Part shown: piece by piece, positions 13,247 to 24,599 of the stretch
Position numbering within the stretch: position 1 is the first letter of the stretch
Layout: each line of letters begins with the position of its first letter
NCBI RefSeq assembly: GCF_044704955.1
Contig: NC_091987.1
Coordinates: forward strand, 188,728,001 to 188,792,000
Direction: 5' to 3'
DNA: 64,000 nucleotides
Origin: Pristiophorus japonicus
Taxonomy: Eukaryota
Program-made: the position numbers and the translations under genes
Notes under the pieces: model-generated
What the model was told of the DNA's origin: nothing
Database searches by the model: none
The model's input: the letters and a program-made list of their open reading frames with translations, nothing else

Positions 13247-13591
13247 CATCGACATGTAATCGTGTTCCTGGTCCTCTGCTCTCTACCGGCGGGTAGACAG
13301 GTATCACCACTACACAGGTATAATTATAATCGGAGATTGTGAAAGAAACATTTTCAATCTTCAATGATGTAGCACAGTGCTTAAAACCACCTGGAGCAAT
13401 GTCAGGAATGCAGGTATGCTTACTCGTTCCATAGTGAACATCAGCGATCCCTGGAGAGCTAATATACCACTTTATATGGACCCAATCACTCTCATTTGCA
13501 ATGTAATTAAAGGTACAGTTTAATGTGGCTGACTTTCCTCGCAGGACGCTGACTCGACGTGGCTGAGTCACATTCCTTATCTCCGGATGAC
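13247..13591 (-). CDS. IgSF receptor exon 2: VJ-type V-set Ig domain
   Basis: Acceptor ttgttccatcAG, donor G|GTAAAT, 345 bp, phase 1/1. Motifs VTQP...ATLNCTF...IKWY...LKIENV...YTC and a J-like GPGTRLHV in the same exon. Confidence 0.92.
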
Positions 13592-14075
13592 CTGATGGAA
13601 CAAAATGTATCAATTGCTGAATGTAATCTTAGACCCAGTCAGGTTCATCTACAAATAATGGGGAAGGTTTGTTAGTTATTGTGAAATTGTAAATGGGTAT
13701 AATTTGCATGTTCACAATATTACTATGAAGAGAGGAAGTTATCCCATAATAAAGAAAATTACAGCAAAAAATCATCAGAAATTTGGTGAATTTAAGTGTT
13801 TACATTGCGGAGTTAATCCCCTGCTTTATTAAGTGCATTTAGGTTATCTAACTATGATTAAATATTCTTGTTTACAATCCAGCAGTATATTATATTAATA
13901 TTGAAAGGTGGAGCCATTAAGGCAAGAACAGTATCTTCCTGATGTGTTGGGTTGTGCAGAGGAAGAGAGGTGCTGTCAGATGCAGACAGCACCAGGGTTT
14001 GGGGCCAGAGCTGTTCCACTGGTTTGGGCAGAATGGGAGGGTAATGCTGATCCATCTCTTGTAATTGGAGAATCC

Positions 14076-14311
14076 TGTCATGTATGTAGACCATGTACAC
14101 TAACTGTATAGTCACATAAGGTGTGCCACCAAAGGGCACTGCAGTGGGAGACCTGAGGGTCACTTGCATAGGTGTGCAGGGCCTAGTATTAAAGGCTGCC
14201 CACCATGCTTACCTCACTCTGGAGTTAAAATAAATGGGACTAAGGTCACAACATCTCAAGTACAATACTAGACCTCGTGGAGTCATTCATAAGAGTACTA
14301 AAGACATAACA
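14076..14311 (+). mobile_element. Solo Gypsy-type LTR (236 bp) with 5-bp TSD AATCC
   Basis: TGTCATGTAT...ATAACA termini, AATCC on both flanks, AATAAA; starts like the Gypsy LTR at 51021 read on the minus strand. Confidence 0.85.
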
Positions 14312-14764
14312 AATCCCTTGTAAGGATGCAACATTAGATACAAAACCTACTACCACAAATTTACAGGCAGGAGAATTTGCCTGCTGTGCTCGTCCTCCCA
14401 CACACGTTTGAGGGCATAATGACTCAGTCTGATGATGTTTCCCCCATTTCCCTCAGGTGAGTTTTATTCCCATCTATAGCCAGACGGAACTATGTTTGCG
14501 ATGAAAATATTTGTGCAGTTGCTTGTTTATTTCAAGAAAATTAACATCCGACTATTATTGTTCTCTTTGCATCATCTTACATTCCGAACCTGGTGACACT
14601 TGTTCTAAGTGTATCTTAATAAATAGACCTCCTTTCATTAAAACATTTCCATTCCTCCCTCTCCTAAGGCATCTATTTTTTTCTTGAACGGTTCCAAGGT
14701 TATTGTCTCTACTACACTGCCTTGAAACCGATTCTATGCGTTGGTCAGTCTGTGTGAATAAACT

Positions 14765-15452
14765 GTCATTATCATCATAGGCAGTCCCTCGGAATCGAGG
14801 AAGACTTGCTTCCACTCTTAAAATGAGTCCTTAGGTGGCTGAACAGTTCAATATGAGAGCCACAGTCCCTGTCACAGGTAGGACAAATAGTCGTTGAGGG
14901 TAAGGGTGGGTGGGACAGATTTTCCGCATGCTCTTTCCGCTGCCTGCGCTTGATTTCTGCATGCTCTTGGCGATGAGACTCAAGGTGCTCAGCACCCTTC
15001 CAGATGCACTTCCTCCACTTAGGGCGGTCTTTGCCCAGGGACTCCCAGGTGTCAGTTGGGATGTTGCACTTTTTCAGGGAGGCTTTCAGGGTATCCCTGC
15101 AATGTTTCTTCTACCCCCGCCCCCCCCTTTGGCTCGTTTGCCGTGAAGAAGTTCTGAGTAGAGCGCTTGCTTTGGGAGTCTCATGTCTGGCATGCAGACA
15201 TGGCCTGCCCAATGGAGTTGATCGAGTGTGGTCAGTGCTTCAATGCTGGGGATGTTGGCGCGTCTGGCCTTCGGGGCCTTTGTAGGATCTTGCGGAGACA
15301 TCGTTGGTGGTATTTCAGCAGCGACTTGAGGTGTTTACTGTTAATGGTCCATGTCTCTGAGTCATACAGGAGGGCGGGTATTACTACAGCCCTGTAGACC
15401 ATGAGCTTGGTGGCAGATTTGAGGGCCTGGTCTTCGAACACTCTTTTCCTCA
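14765..15452 (-). mobile_element. RTE LINE 3' fragment
   Basis: KRVFEDQALKSATKLMVYRAVVIPALLY...RLPKQALYSEL and a (TGA)n tail. Confidence 0.9.
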
Positions 15453-15601
15453 CTGTAGCCTATCCATGGAGGACGTCCCTGGGGTTTGAAATTGTAGCCT
15501 ACAACGTTTTTTATTAAATATTTGTGGATGGAAGTCACGACAGCTGTTAACTCGCAAACTTTAAGAATTATGTAGCAAGTAGAAATTGTGCCTCAATCTA
15601 T

Positions 15602-16243
15602 GGGCTGGATTTTCAGTTCTGGTCATTTTGGGGTGGTAATGGCGGTAGGGTGGTAAAGTTTGTGCTGTGAAATGGTTTGTGTCCACAGCCACAAAGTTCA
15701 TCAGCCTGGCCTCGAGTTCGGAGCGATGTGCTAAGGGAGACGTTGCATACCTCTTTTAGGGCACTCGGCCAGCTGAGCAAGCAAAATTCCCGAGTTAAAC
15801 AGCCGGCCTCAGAGCACTGTAAGAGAGGACTGAGGGGGGTGGGGGAGGGAGAAACTCTGTTTAAAAAATAAACACCAAAAACATTCCCAATACATTACTC
15901 ACACCACAACATAAATCGCAAAAAAATATTTTAAATCACACTTACCTGAGGTCGACATTACTTAACTCACTGTGGCCGCTGCAGCTTTCACAGGCGATCC
16001 TAGCAGGGCACTCTACAAAGCGCTATGGGTCAGGCGACCCAATAATCGAGCCGGTGTCGCAACCAGGGACATTGCACACCGGCTCGCCACTTCCGAGCGT
16101 TTATGCTCCGCGCCCCCTCCAAACCAGCACCGAATTTCCCGGCGGGGCGCTAGAAGCTGGCTGCCGGCCGTAAGTGCTCACCACCGCCATTGCACCCCCC
16201 TCCGGGGCACTAACAGGGGCGGCAGAAGACCGAAAATTCAGCC
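15602..16243. mobile_element. Harbinger-type MITE
   Basis: TIR GGGCTGGATTTTC...GAAAATTCAGCC; GC-rich. Confidence 0.65.
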
Positions 16244-17374
16244 AAATATGTTTCATTTAAATTGTAGCACTAATAATGGATTAAGTCACTGATACATCGA
16301 TAGGCTTTGTTTGGTAACGGTATCAAGGGATATGGAGCAAAGGCAAGTGAATGGAATTGAGCTGCAGGTCATCCATGATCTAATTCAATGACAAGGCTCG
16401 AGGGGCTAAATGGCCCTGTTCCTATGTCAAAGTATAATTATACTGCCACTTTCACGTCAAATGGTTTCAGGGCGTAACAACACAAAAGTGGATTGATAAC
16501 TTGGGTTTGGATTAGCATCTGACTTTCCAACACACTAAAATAAGAATTGAAATGCTGTGCAGTAGATAATCACAGTCTGTTTGGAGCTTACACGAGTTGC
16601 AGTATAACTGCAGCCCAATGCAAAGTCGGACTTTAAAAGTACCCAGGCCTTTCATTGAATCCCCTGGGAACTTCAAAAATATCTTATTAAAATCTTTGTA
16701 ATGCTGTGAGAATGCTAGCCATCCTGGTCGTGCTCTCTTAATGTTAAAAATGATTCGTCCATGAACAGAGCTCCGTGCAGGCATTCAAGCATAGTTGGGC
16801 TGTAGTTAAGTTTACAGTGTGAGGTGCTGTGGCAGTGTATCTCAGATCTCCTGGCTGACCATTACACTGTGTAGTTGCTGGTTTGAGTGTTACGTGTGGA
16901 ATTACAGCACCCTTTGATATTAACTATAAAAACAATTGTCCAATTATAAATCTCTAAGCTTGTCCTCTTCAGGTCTCCAGCCAGAAAGGGCATGGATTAT
17001 CATCACCACACATTTGAGACTTGGAAATAATCTGTGTCAATCTTCAGCAATCCAACATAGCTGCTCAGAACACCTGACTCAAGGTCACAAATGCAGGTCA
17101 CGCTATTCCCTTTTGATATATTGATGCATAATTGTCAAAGTGAAGCCCCTGTATCAGATTGTATGGATCCAGTCAGCAGAATTAAGTATATAGTTCAATG
17201 CGACAGACTGAACTCTCGAGGCCACTGACTAGATGCTGTCAAGTCACCTCCCCAATAACCAGGATACCTGATAGGTTATGTTCAGTAGAGGAGACATTTT
17301 ATCCTGAGACCCGATCGCACCTGAAATATTATAAAGAAAATCGGAATGACAATTTTAAAAAAAAACATGGAAGA

Positions 17375-19810
17375 GGGGGGAGTTTTAACCTGGAGGAGCG
17401 CGCGGGTTTGGATGTGGGTGCGGGGTTAAAACTGGCAGAAATGCGAGCGCGTCGGGAAGCCGGCTCCAACCCGACAATTTCTGCGGTTCACTCGAACGTG
17501 TTGGGCTGCTTACTCGTGCCCTCGAGACAAAAGGGGTTCCTATTAACATGTACATGGAGTGCCGCAACCTACAAGGCTGTGGACCAAAAGCTGGGATTAG
17601 GATTGGACAGCCGTAAATTTCTATGATATGGTAGTCGCTTAATTGGAGCGATATTTCAACACAGTTTTACATTTAGCACTGCGTCCACGGGTTTCCCGGG
17701 CTTTCTGAAACTCAGCATTGAAAGCAAGGGGACAACACAACGGCAATTGAGGGGGCTGATTAAAACTCAGGGAAATACTGTATTAAATACTCAGCACTCA
17801 CAGCTGCTTTTTTTTTAACCTACGAGTGGGAAAGGGTTTGTTCATACTACTTTTGTTGAGAGTTTACTTTCTACACTATGGAGGTTTTCTGAATCACAGC
17901 AAGATGGCGAGGAGGACGAGGAGCAATATGAGCAGCAGCCTGCAGCTGGACAACAGAGAGGAGGGCAGCTCGCAGGAGGCACTGCCTGTGACACGGGGTG
18001 TACAGGCAGAGGCCGAGTTTCCTTGATGAGACAGAACAGCAGTGCTTCAGGAGGCTCGGGTTGTCACATCAGTTGGTCTCAGACATTTGTAGCCTCCGAG
18101 AAGAAGACCTGCTCCCTGCTCAACCTGGAGGCCAGGCATTGCCAGTAGCTGTGAAAGAGCAGGAGTAGGCCATTTGGCCCCTCGAGCCTGCTCCGCCATT
18201 CAATAAGATCATGGCTGATCTGATCCGAGCCTCAACCTTTTTGTCTCCGGGTCCTTCCAGGGCTCTGCCCGAGACACATCTAGGATCTCCGAGTTGGTGG
18301 CCCAGAAATGCATTGCCCTCATCAATATCCTCCTCTTTGTTTTCCTCCGACTCTGAATTGTCCATAGACGATCTGTGCTCTGAATCTTGTTCCTCCTGCA
18401 GTGACAAACCTCGCTACTGTGCAATGTTGTGCAGAGCGCCACACATCGACCATTGTGGACACCCTGGCTGGTGTCTCCAGTTCTGTCTAGGCACCTGAAG
18501 CACATCTTCAGCATGCTGATGGCTTGACCATATGAACATAAGAAATAGGAGCAGGAGTAGGCCATTTGGCCCCTCGAGCCTGCTCCGCCATTCAATAAGA
18601 TCATGGCTGATCTGATCCGAGCCTCAACTCCGCTTTCCTGCCCTTTCCCCATAACCCTTGACTCCCTTGTCGTTTAAAAATCTGCTATCTCCACCTTGAA
18701 TATATTCAAAGACCCAGCCTCCACAGCTCTCTGGGGTAGAGAAATCCAAAGATTCACACCTCAGAGAAGAAATTCCTCCTCATTTCCATTTTAAATGGGC
18801 GACCCCTTATTCTGAAACAATGCCCCCATAAGGGGAAACATCCTCTCTGCGCCTACCCTGTCAAGCCCTCTCATAATCTTATATGTTTCAATAAGATTAC
18901 CTCTCATTTTTCTAAACTCCAATGAGTATAGGCCCAATCTGCTCAACCTTTCTTCATATGACAGCCCCTTCATCTCGGAATGATCACGCATTGGGCTAGA
19001 AGTGGAAGCACTTTGACTGTCCATGTCTCACTTCCATGACCCCTTTCACCATCATCCCTCTCGTGGGTCAGCTGCACTTGACGTCTGTCGCTCTGCTGGA
19101 GAGCACTTTGGTACAGATCGGTGCGACACTGTAAGGCCAAAGATAAGGTATCTGTCATTCTATTTAAGGCGGTAGATATGTTTGCATTCAGAGTGTGCAC
19201 AGCTCTGGTCAAGGCTTTCACGGACTCATTTGTTTGTCGCATTTTATGTTACACGGAGTTGGCCACTCTATCCATGAAAGAAGGCATTGTTGCAATGCCC
19301 TGCAACAGTGGCCAACTTATTCTTGTGGCGGACTCCTCCATTCTCTCTGCAATTGTGGTCAGTGTGCTTAGAAAGTCTGTGAGTGCCTCACACTTTCTCT
19401 GCTGCTCCTCAATCCTTATCCTTTTCATTGACAACCCATGGGGTACAGCACCGATGTCCAGCTGAGCAGAGCTTGGAGAGGGCTGCACTCTCTGAATTGA
19501 ACTCTCCACAGCTACCCCTGCCACCACTATCTGCTCTTGCTCACTTGTGAAGTGTGAGTTACCAAGTGAAAAACCTATCTGTCTAACTGGTCCCACTGAA
19601 GTGCGAGTATCTGAGCTGCTAAATAGTATGGATGATGGATGGATATATGATGGATGGATAGATGGGGATGTGAGGAAGTGCATAGAAAGAGAAAGGGTGT
19701 ATGTGCAAGCTAAGTGGGCATGAGGAGCAATATGATGGAGTAGGCTTGACAAGGCAGAGTGAGGGTGTGGGTGGTCCATAGCAGGATGTTGGTGAATGCA
19801 ACCTTACCTT
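17375..19810. mobile_element. Rearranged PIF/Harbinger remnant with a CR1 insertion
   Basis: Transposase N-part on + (~17900-18290: VYRQRPSFLD...ALPVAVK...SGSFQ). Inverted C-part on - (~18300-18530: MLKMCFRCLDR, ALHNIA). Minus-strand CR1 3' end at ~18530-18985. Myb-gene-like C-terminal ORF on - at 18990-19620, resembling the ORF at 42361. Confidence 0.7.
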
Positions 19811-19824
19811 ATCTGGTTAGATCA

Positions 19825-20132
19825 TTAAGGCTGTTGAGAAGCAAGAGGAACTAGCAGAGGATCTAACCATCATTTTCCAATCCTCTATGGCTACAAGAGT
19901 GGTGCCAAAGGACTGGAGGACAGCTAATGTTGTTCCTTTGTTTAACAAGGGTGAAAGGGATAGACCGAGTAATTAAAGGCCAGTCAGCCTAACCTTGGTG
20001 ATGGGAAAATTATTGGAAAAAATCCTGAGGGACAGGATAAATCTTCATTTGGAAAGACACAGATTAATCAAGGACAGTCAGCCTGGATTTGTAAAGGGAA
20101 AGTCATGTCTGACTAACTTGATTGAATTTTTC
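19825..20132 (+). mobile_element. CR1 internal RT fragment
   Basis: DWRTANVVPLF...RPVSLT...GFVKGKSCLTNLIEFF. Confidence 0.85.
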
Positions 20133-20249
20133 GACTTCCTGCTGTGGGCCACCCATACCCTCACTGTCTTGTAAAGCCAAATCCATGTTTCTGTGAATTT
20201 TATAGTATATAAACTCAGGTTACAAACTAAATCATTGTTAAAACACAAT

Positions 20250-20894
20250 GACCCTGAAATTCCGGTCGGAGGCTTTCTTCGGACGAACGCCTCCGCCCCG
20301 AAATTTCTCTTCGAATGTACCAGGTGGTTTCAGAGGCTCCTTTGATTCCGGTCGGATGCCTTCTTTCCACGCGCTTCCCCGTCTACGAGATACAGTTGGA
20401 GAAGCCGGAGTCACATGGGCCTGGACAACCAATCACGATACAGTATTCTCATTGATAGTAATGGGAACTCCGATTTTATGAGTTCCCATTACTATCAATG
20501 AGAAAAAAACCCTAAAACACCCAAACACAACATAATAAATAAAATAAAAAAAACACATATATTTTAAATTAATTGAAATTAAAGTTAATTAAATGTTATG
20601 GAATGTGTTTTAATAGGATTTAAAATAAACTTACCTTAGTGGACAGGGTTTTTACTATAAAAATGTGTATTTACATTTTATTTTTATATGTTTTAAAACT
20701 CTTACACTGGTAAAAATAGGCAATGCAAATAGCCCAATCTCTCCCTCGCGGATGTCCTTCTCCCGGGGATCTTGACAGATCGGAAAAGCTGGTTTTCGGC
20801 ACATGTGCATTGCGCGCCAAAAAACGGCTTTTGCTAGGTCTCGCCCAGTCCGTATGTATTCCGTATGGACCTGGCGAGGCCAGAATTTCAGGGC
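20250..20894. mobile_element. Harbinger-type MITE
   Basis: TIR GACCCTGAAATTC...GAATTTCAGGGC; internal palindrome ctcattgatagtaatgggaactc...gagttcccattactatcaatgag. Confidence 0.65.
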
Positions 20895-21365
20895 TAATAT
20901 TTTAGAATTTAAGTAATAACCCGGTATTCATTTTCACTGTAAAGTTGCTGTACATGTTACCCTGTGAACAATTTGAATTTTAGTGCCCGATCCTCCCTCT
21001 GAACTTCAATCTACAACAGGATTCCAGCAACATCTGCACTCTATTCTATGTCTTCTGAATTCAGTTCAGTTTATTAATTCCTTCAAAGTATCTCATTTAT
21101 ACACAATTCTTTAAAGTACAGCTTTGGCCAACATTTATAATCAGTAAGCAATTTTGCATCATTTTATTCTATTGAAAAATGATCCACTAAGTGGAATTTT
21201 TTTTTCAAACTAATATATTTAAGTTATATTAATTGCTACAGACATTTTATTTGAATGATCCAGTAGTGTTACTCTTAATTGTTTAATATTCATTTGTGAT
21301 GAGTCTCAGTCTGAACCAAATCTGTTAGAGAGATTGGATGAAAGAACTTTAATCAGAGCACTAAC

Positions 21366-21423
21366 CTGCTACACCAGTCTGTGTCAGAAGGAACATTGTC
21401 AGCTGTAGTAATATGCTCTCCAT
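21366..21423 (-). CDS. IgSF receptor exon 1: signal peptide MESILLQLTMFLLTQTGVA(G)
   Basis: ATG in GGAATGG context, 19-aa hydrophobic leader, phase-1 donor CAG|GTTAGT; joins in frame to the V exon (GVA-GHPEIRNVTQP). Confidence 0.8.
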
Positions 21424-21871
21424 TCCACGTCCTCTTAATTCAGTTCAGTTTATTTCTATCTTCAAAGTATCTTATTTATACACAATTCTTTGGTGCATAA
21501 TCTTTTATCATGAATGGTGTGTCCTCTCCAGACAGTGTTCATTTCAGTTCAAGTGTTTGAAGTAACAGATCTGACCGCTTTGATCAACTAGGTTTAATGA
21601 AGAGAGGAAGGAAATGCATGTGTGCTGATGGAAATATTCAAGGCACATCTTCTCCACAGAAACCACTGATTTTGTGTAGACCAACTCCATTGTCCATTGA
21701 ATCAGAGTAACAGTGAACCATTCGGGTGAATAATTTATTTCCATAAAATTAATTTTAAAAATTAAATTTATTTTATACTTTGATTCTGTAACAAAACAGA
21801 AATCAGTTATTTAATCAACTGCAGGTTATTGCTAACCAATAATTAGGCCGCTTCTAAAGACTCCCATAAGA

Positions 21872-23140
21872 ATAGATTTGAATATAGGGAGTATGATTAA
21901 GAGGTTTATAGACAATACAAAAATTGACTGTGTGGTTGATAATGAAGAGGAAAGTCATGGGCTGCAGGAGGATATCAATCTACTAGTTAGGTGGGCAGAG
22001 CAGTGGCAAATGGAATTTAATTCAGAGAAGTTTGAGGTGATGCATTTTGGGAGGGCTAATAAGGAAAGAATATACACATTAAGCGGTAGGCCACTTAATA
22101 ATGTAGATGAACAAAGGGATTTTGGAGTGCTTGTCCACAGATCCCTGAAAGTAGCAGGCCAGGTGGATAAGGTGGTTAAGAAGGCATACGGAATGCTTGC
22201 CTTTATTGGCCAAGGCATAGAATATAGGAGCAGGGAGGTTATGCTTAAATTATATAATATTTTGGTTAGGCCACAGCTGGAGTACGGCGTGCAGTTCTGG
22301 TCGCCGTATTATAGGAAGGACATGATTGTACGAGAGTGGGTGCAGAGATTTATAGGATGCTGCCTGGAATGGAGAATCTTAGTTATGAGGACAGATTGGA
22401 TAGACTGGGTTTGTTCTCATTGGAACAGAGGAGGTTGAGAAGAGACCTCATTGAGGTGTAAAAAATATTGAGGGGCCTGGACACAGTGGATAGTAAGGGT
22501 CTATTTCCATTGGTGGAGGGGGTCTATTACGAGGGGCTATAGTTTTAAAATGGTTGGTGGAAGGTTTAGAGGGGATTTGAGGGGGGGGGGGGTTTCTTTA
22601 CGCAGAGGGTTGTGGGGATCTGGAATTCGCTGCCTGGAAGAGTGGTGGATGCAGAAACCCTCATCACTTTTAAGAGATGGTTAGATGGGCATTTAAAGTG
22701 CAGTAACCTGCAGGGTTATGGACCTCGAGCTGGTAATTGGGATTAGACTGGATGACCTTTTGTTGGAGGGCACAGATATAATGGTAAGTACTGCAGGGAA
22801 TAGAATACGGCCAGGGTGATTTCTCTGGATGGGTCGGAGAGGGATTTTCCCAGATTTTTTTCTCCCTAAATTGGCCTGGGTTTTTATCTGGTTTTTGTCT
22901 TTCCCAGGAGATCACATGACTCCAGAGTATAGAATGTTTCAGTATAAGGGGTGTCGCAGTTGTGGTGAGACGGATTGGTTGGGCTGGGTGCTCTTTGCCT
23001 TTCCGTCAATATTCATAGGTTTATATGTAACCTTTAGGGCTGCTGACCGAGGGCCATGTGGCTCTTTGTCAGCTGGCGTGTACATGATGGGCCGAAATGG
23101 CCTCCTTCTGCACTGTAAATTTCTATGTTTCTATGTTTTT
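21872..23140 (+). mobile_element. CR1 LINE 3' fragment with long 3' UTR
   Basis: WQMEFN...LVRPQLEYGVQFWSP; (TTCTATGT)n tail. Confidence 0.9.
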
Positions 23141-23159
23141 AAATGCTCGACGAGAAAAG

Positions 23160-23815
23160 GCCAGTTCTGATGAAGGGTCATCGACCTGAAACGTTAACTC
23201 TGTTTCTCTCTCTACAGATGCTGCCTGACCTGCTGAGCACTTCCAGCATTTTCAGTTTTATTTCAGATTTCCAGCATCCGCAGTAGGTTGCTTTTGTGCC
23301 AAAGTCCATTTAGTTTGCCTTCTACCCTCCTGGTAGTCCTGTGATACAGTAATAATGGAGTTGCGACTAAGTATGGAAATCAATCTCTATCAATTAGTCT
23401 ACAACAGATCCAAACATGAGGCAAGGAGAACCCCCCAGTGGTAGAAAGTTTTGGGAACCATAGGTCATCTTCCTTTTTCCTCAACCCTCCACTGTGGTTG
23501 ACAGGACCCTTGACCATGTCCGTCCCAGTTCCCGCAATTGATCCCTCACCCCTACCCCTCCCGCCCAGAACCACGATAGGGACCCCTTGCCCTAACCTTT
23601 CACCCCACCAGCCTTCACATTAAGGGAACATCCTTCGTCATTTCTGACACCTCCAATGTGATGCCACCACGAAACATCTTTCCTCTCCCTTCAGCATTCC
23701 GAAAGGACCGTTCCCTCTGCGACAGCATGGTCCATTTTTCAATCATCCCCAACAGCCCCTCCCCATCCCACGGCACCTTCCTGTGCTGGCGCAGGAAATG
23801 CAACACCTGGCCTTT
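23160..23815 (+). mobile_element. Penelope-like element remnants (terminal repeat 23160-23296; ORF fragment ~23520-23815)
   Basis: LTFHPTSLHI...SAFRKDRSLCDSMVH...HGTFLCWRRKCNT, resembling the RT/GIY-YIG linker of Penelope elements. Confidence 0.7.
23163..23199 (+). ncRNA. Minimal type I hammerhead ribozyme motif in a Penelope-like terminal repeat
   Basis: AGTT-CTGATGA-AGGGTC-ATC-GACCT-GAA-ACGT-T-AACT: intact core, stem I AGTT/AACT, stem II GGTC/GACC, palindromic ACGT stem III. Confidence 0.7.
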
Positions 23816-24599
23816 TCTGTTTTCAGCCCAGTGACCTGTTCCTCCCAATTTACATTTATCACATATAATGCCTTAAATTACTTATATACTGTATCCCCAA
23901 ATATTATTTTCTGAAAGGAATTGCATTTGAATGAATCAACACTATCTGCTTTCACTTTCTCCCTAGATCAGAGCCTGTTCCATAGATTGACCACTTGCTC
24001 ACTGAAATTATAGGGCCCAAGTTTCCACCAACCCTTAGAATGGCATACCTCCATGAAATTCGCCGACTTTCTGGACACAAAAAGTGCGCCTAATCCTTAC
24101 CGTGGTGTTCTCCACGCTCATCAAGCCTCCTTTGGATTTGGCGGAATGCAGTAGAACCAGCGGGGGTGGGTGGAGTCAGGTCCCAGCGCTGAAAACAGTG
24201 CCAGGATCTCTGCACATGAGCGCTAGAATGTGTGTGCATGTGCAGTAGCTCCTCCCCTCCCCCCCCAGATTCTGTGTGCGTGTGCTGCTGGCTGTGTGGG
24301 AGGTGCCCGAAGCATGCCGACCCTAGCCCTGGCCGAATGGGCTCCCTGCCGCGACCTGCGAGGGAACAGACGGCAATGTCCGTCATCGGAGTCAGGAGAT
24401 CCCGGGAACAGAAAGCCAAGCAAGAAAGGGAGAAAGAGCTGGCAAGAAGGAAGATGACTGAGGCCATCGAGTGTTCCTTGGGACTGTCTCGGAGATGTTC
24501 AGGGGTTCGGGGGGGGGGCGGGGGTAGCAGGAAAGCAAAGGTATTGGGGGCAAGGCGTGAGTAGGATGGGACCTGGGCAGGCTCGTCTGTTTAACGTTG

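Noticed and set aside
13247-13591. Germline-joined Ig/TCR/NAR V gene
   Set aside because: Lacks WYxQ, YYC and F/WGxG framework motifs; I saw no RSS; followed by a C2/I domain and a non-Ig/TCR transmembrane segment.
14581-16655. Alternative leader candidates MKGGLFIKIHLEQVSPGSE (~14581-14637) and MKGLGTFKVRLCIGLQLYCNS (~16592-16655)
   Set aside because: Both have phase-1 GTAAG donors but poor hydrophobic cores.
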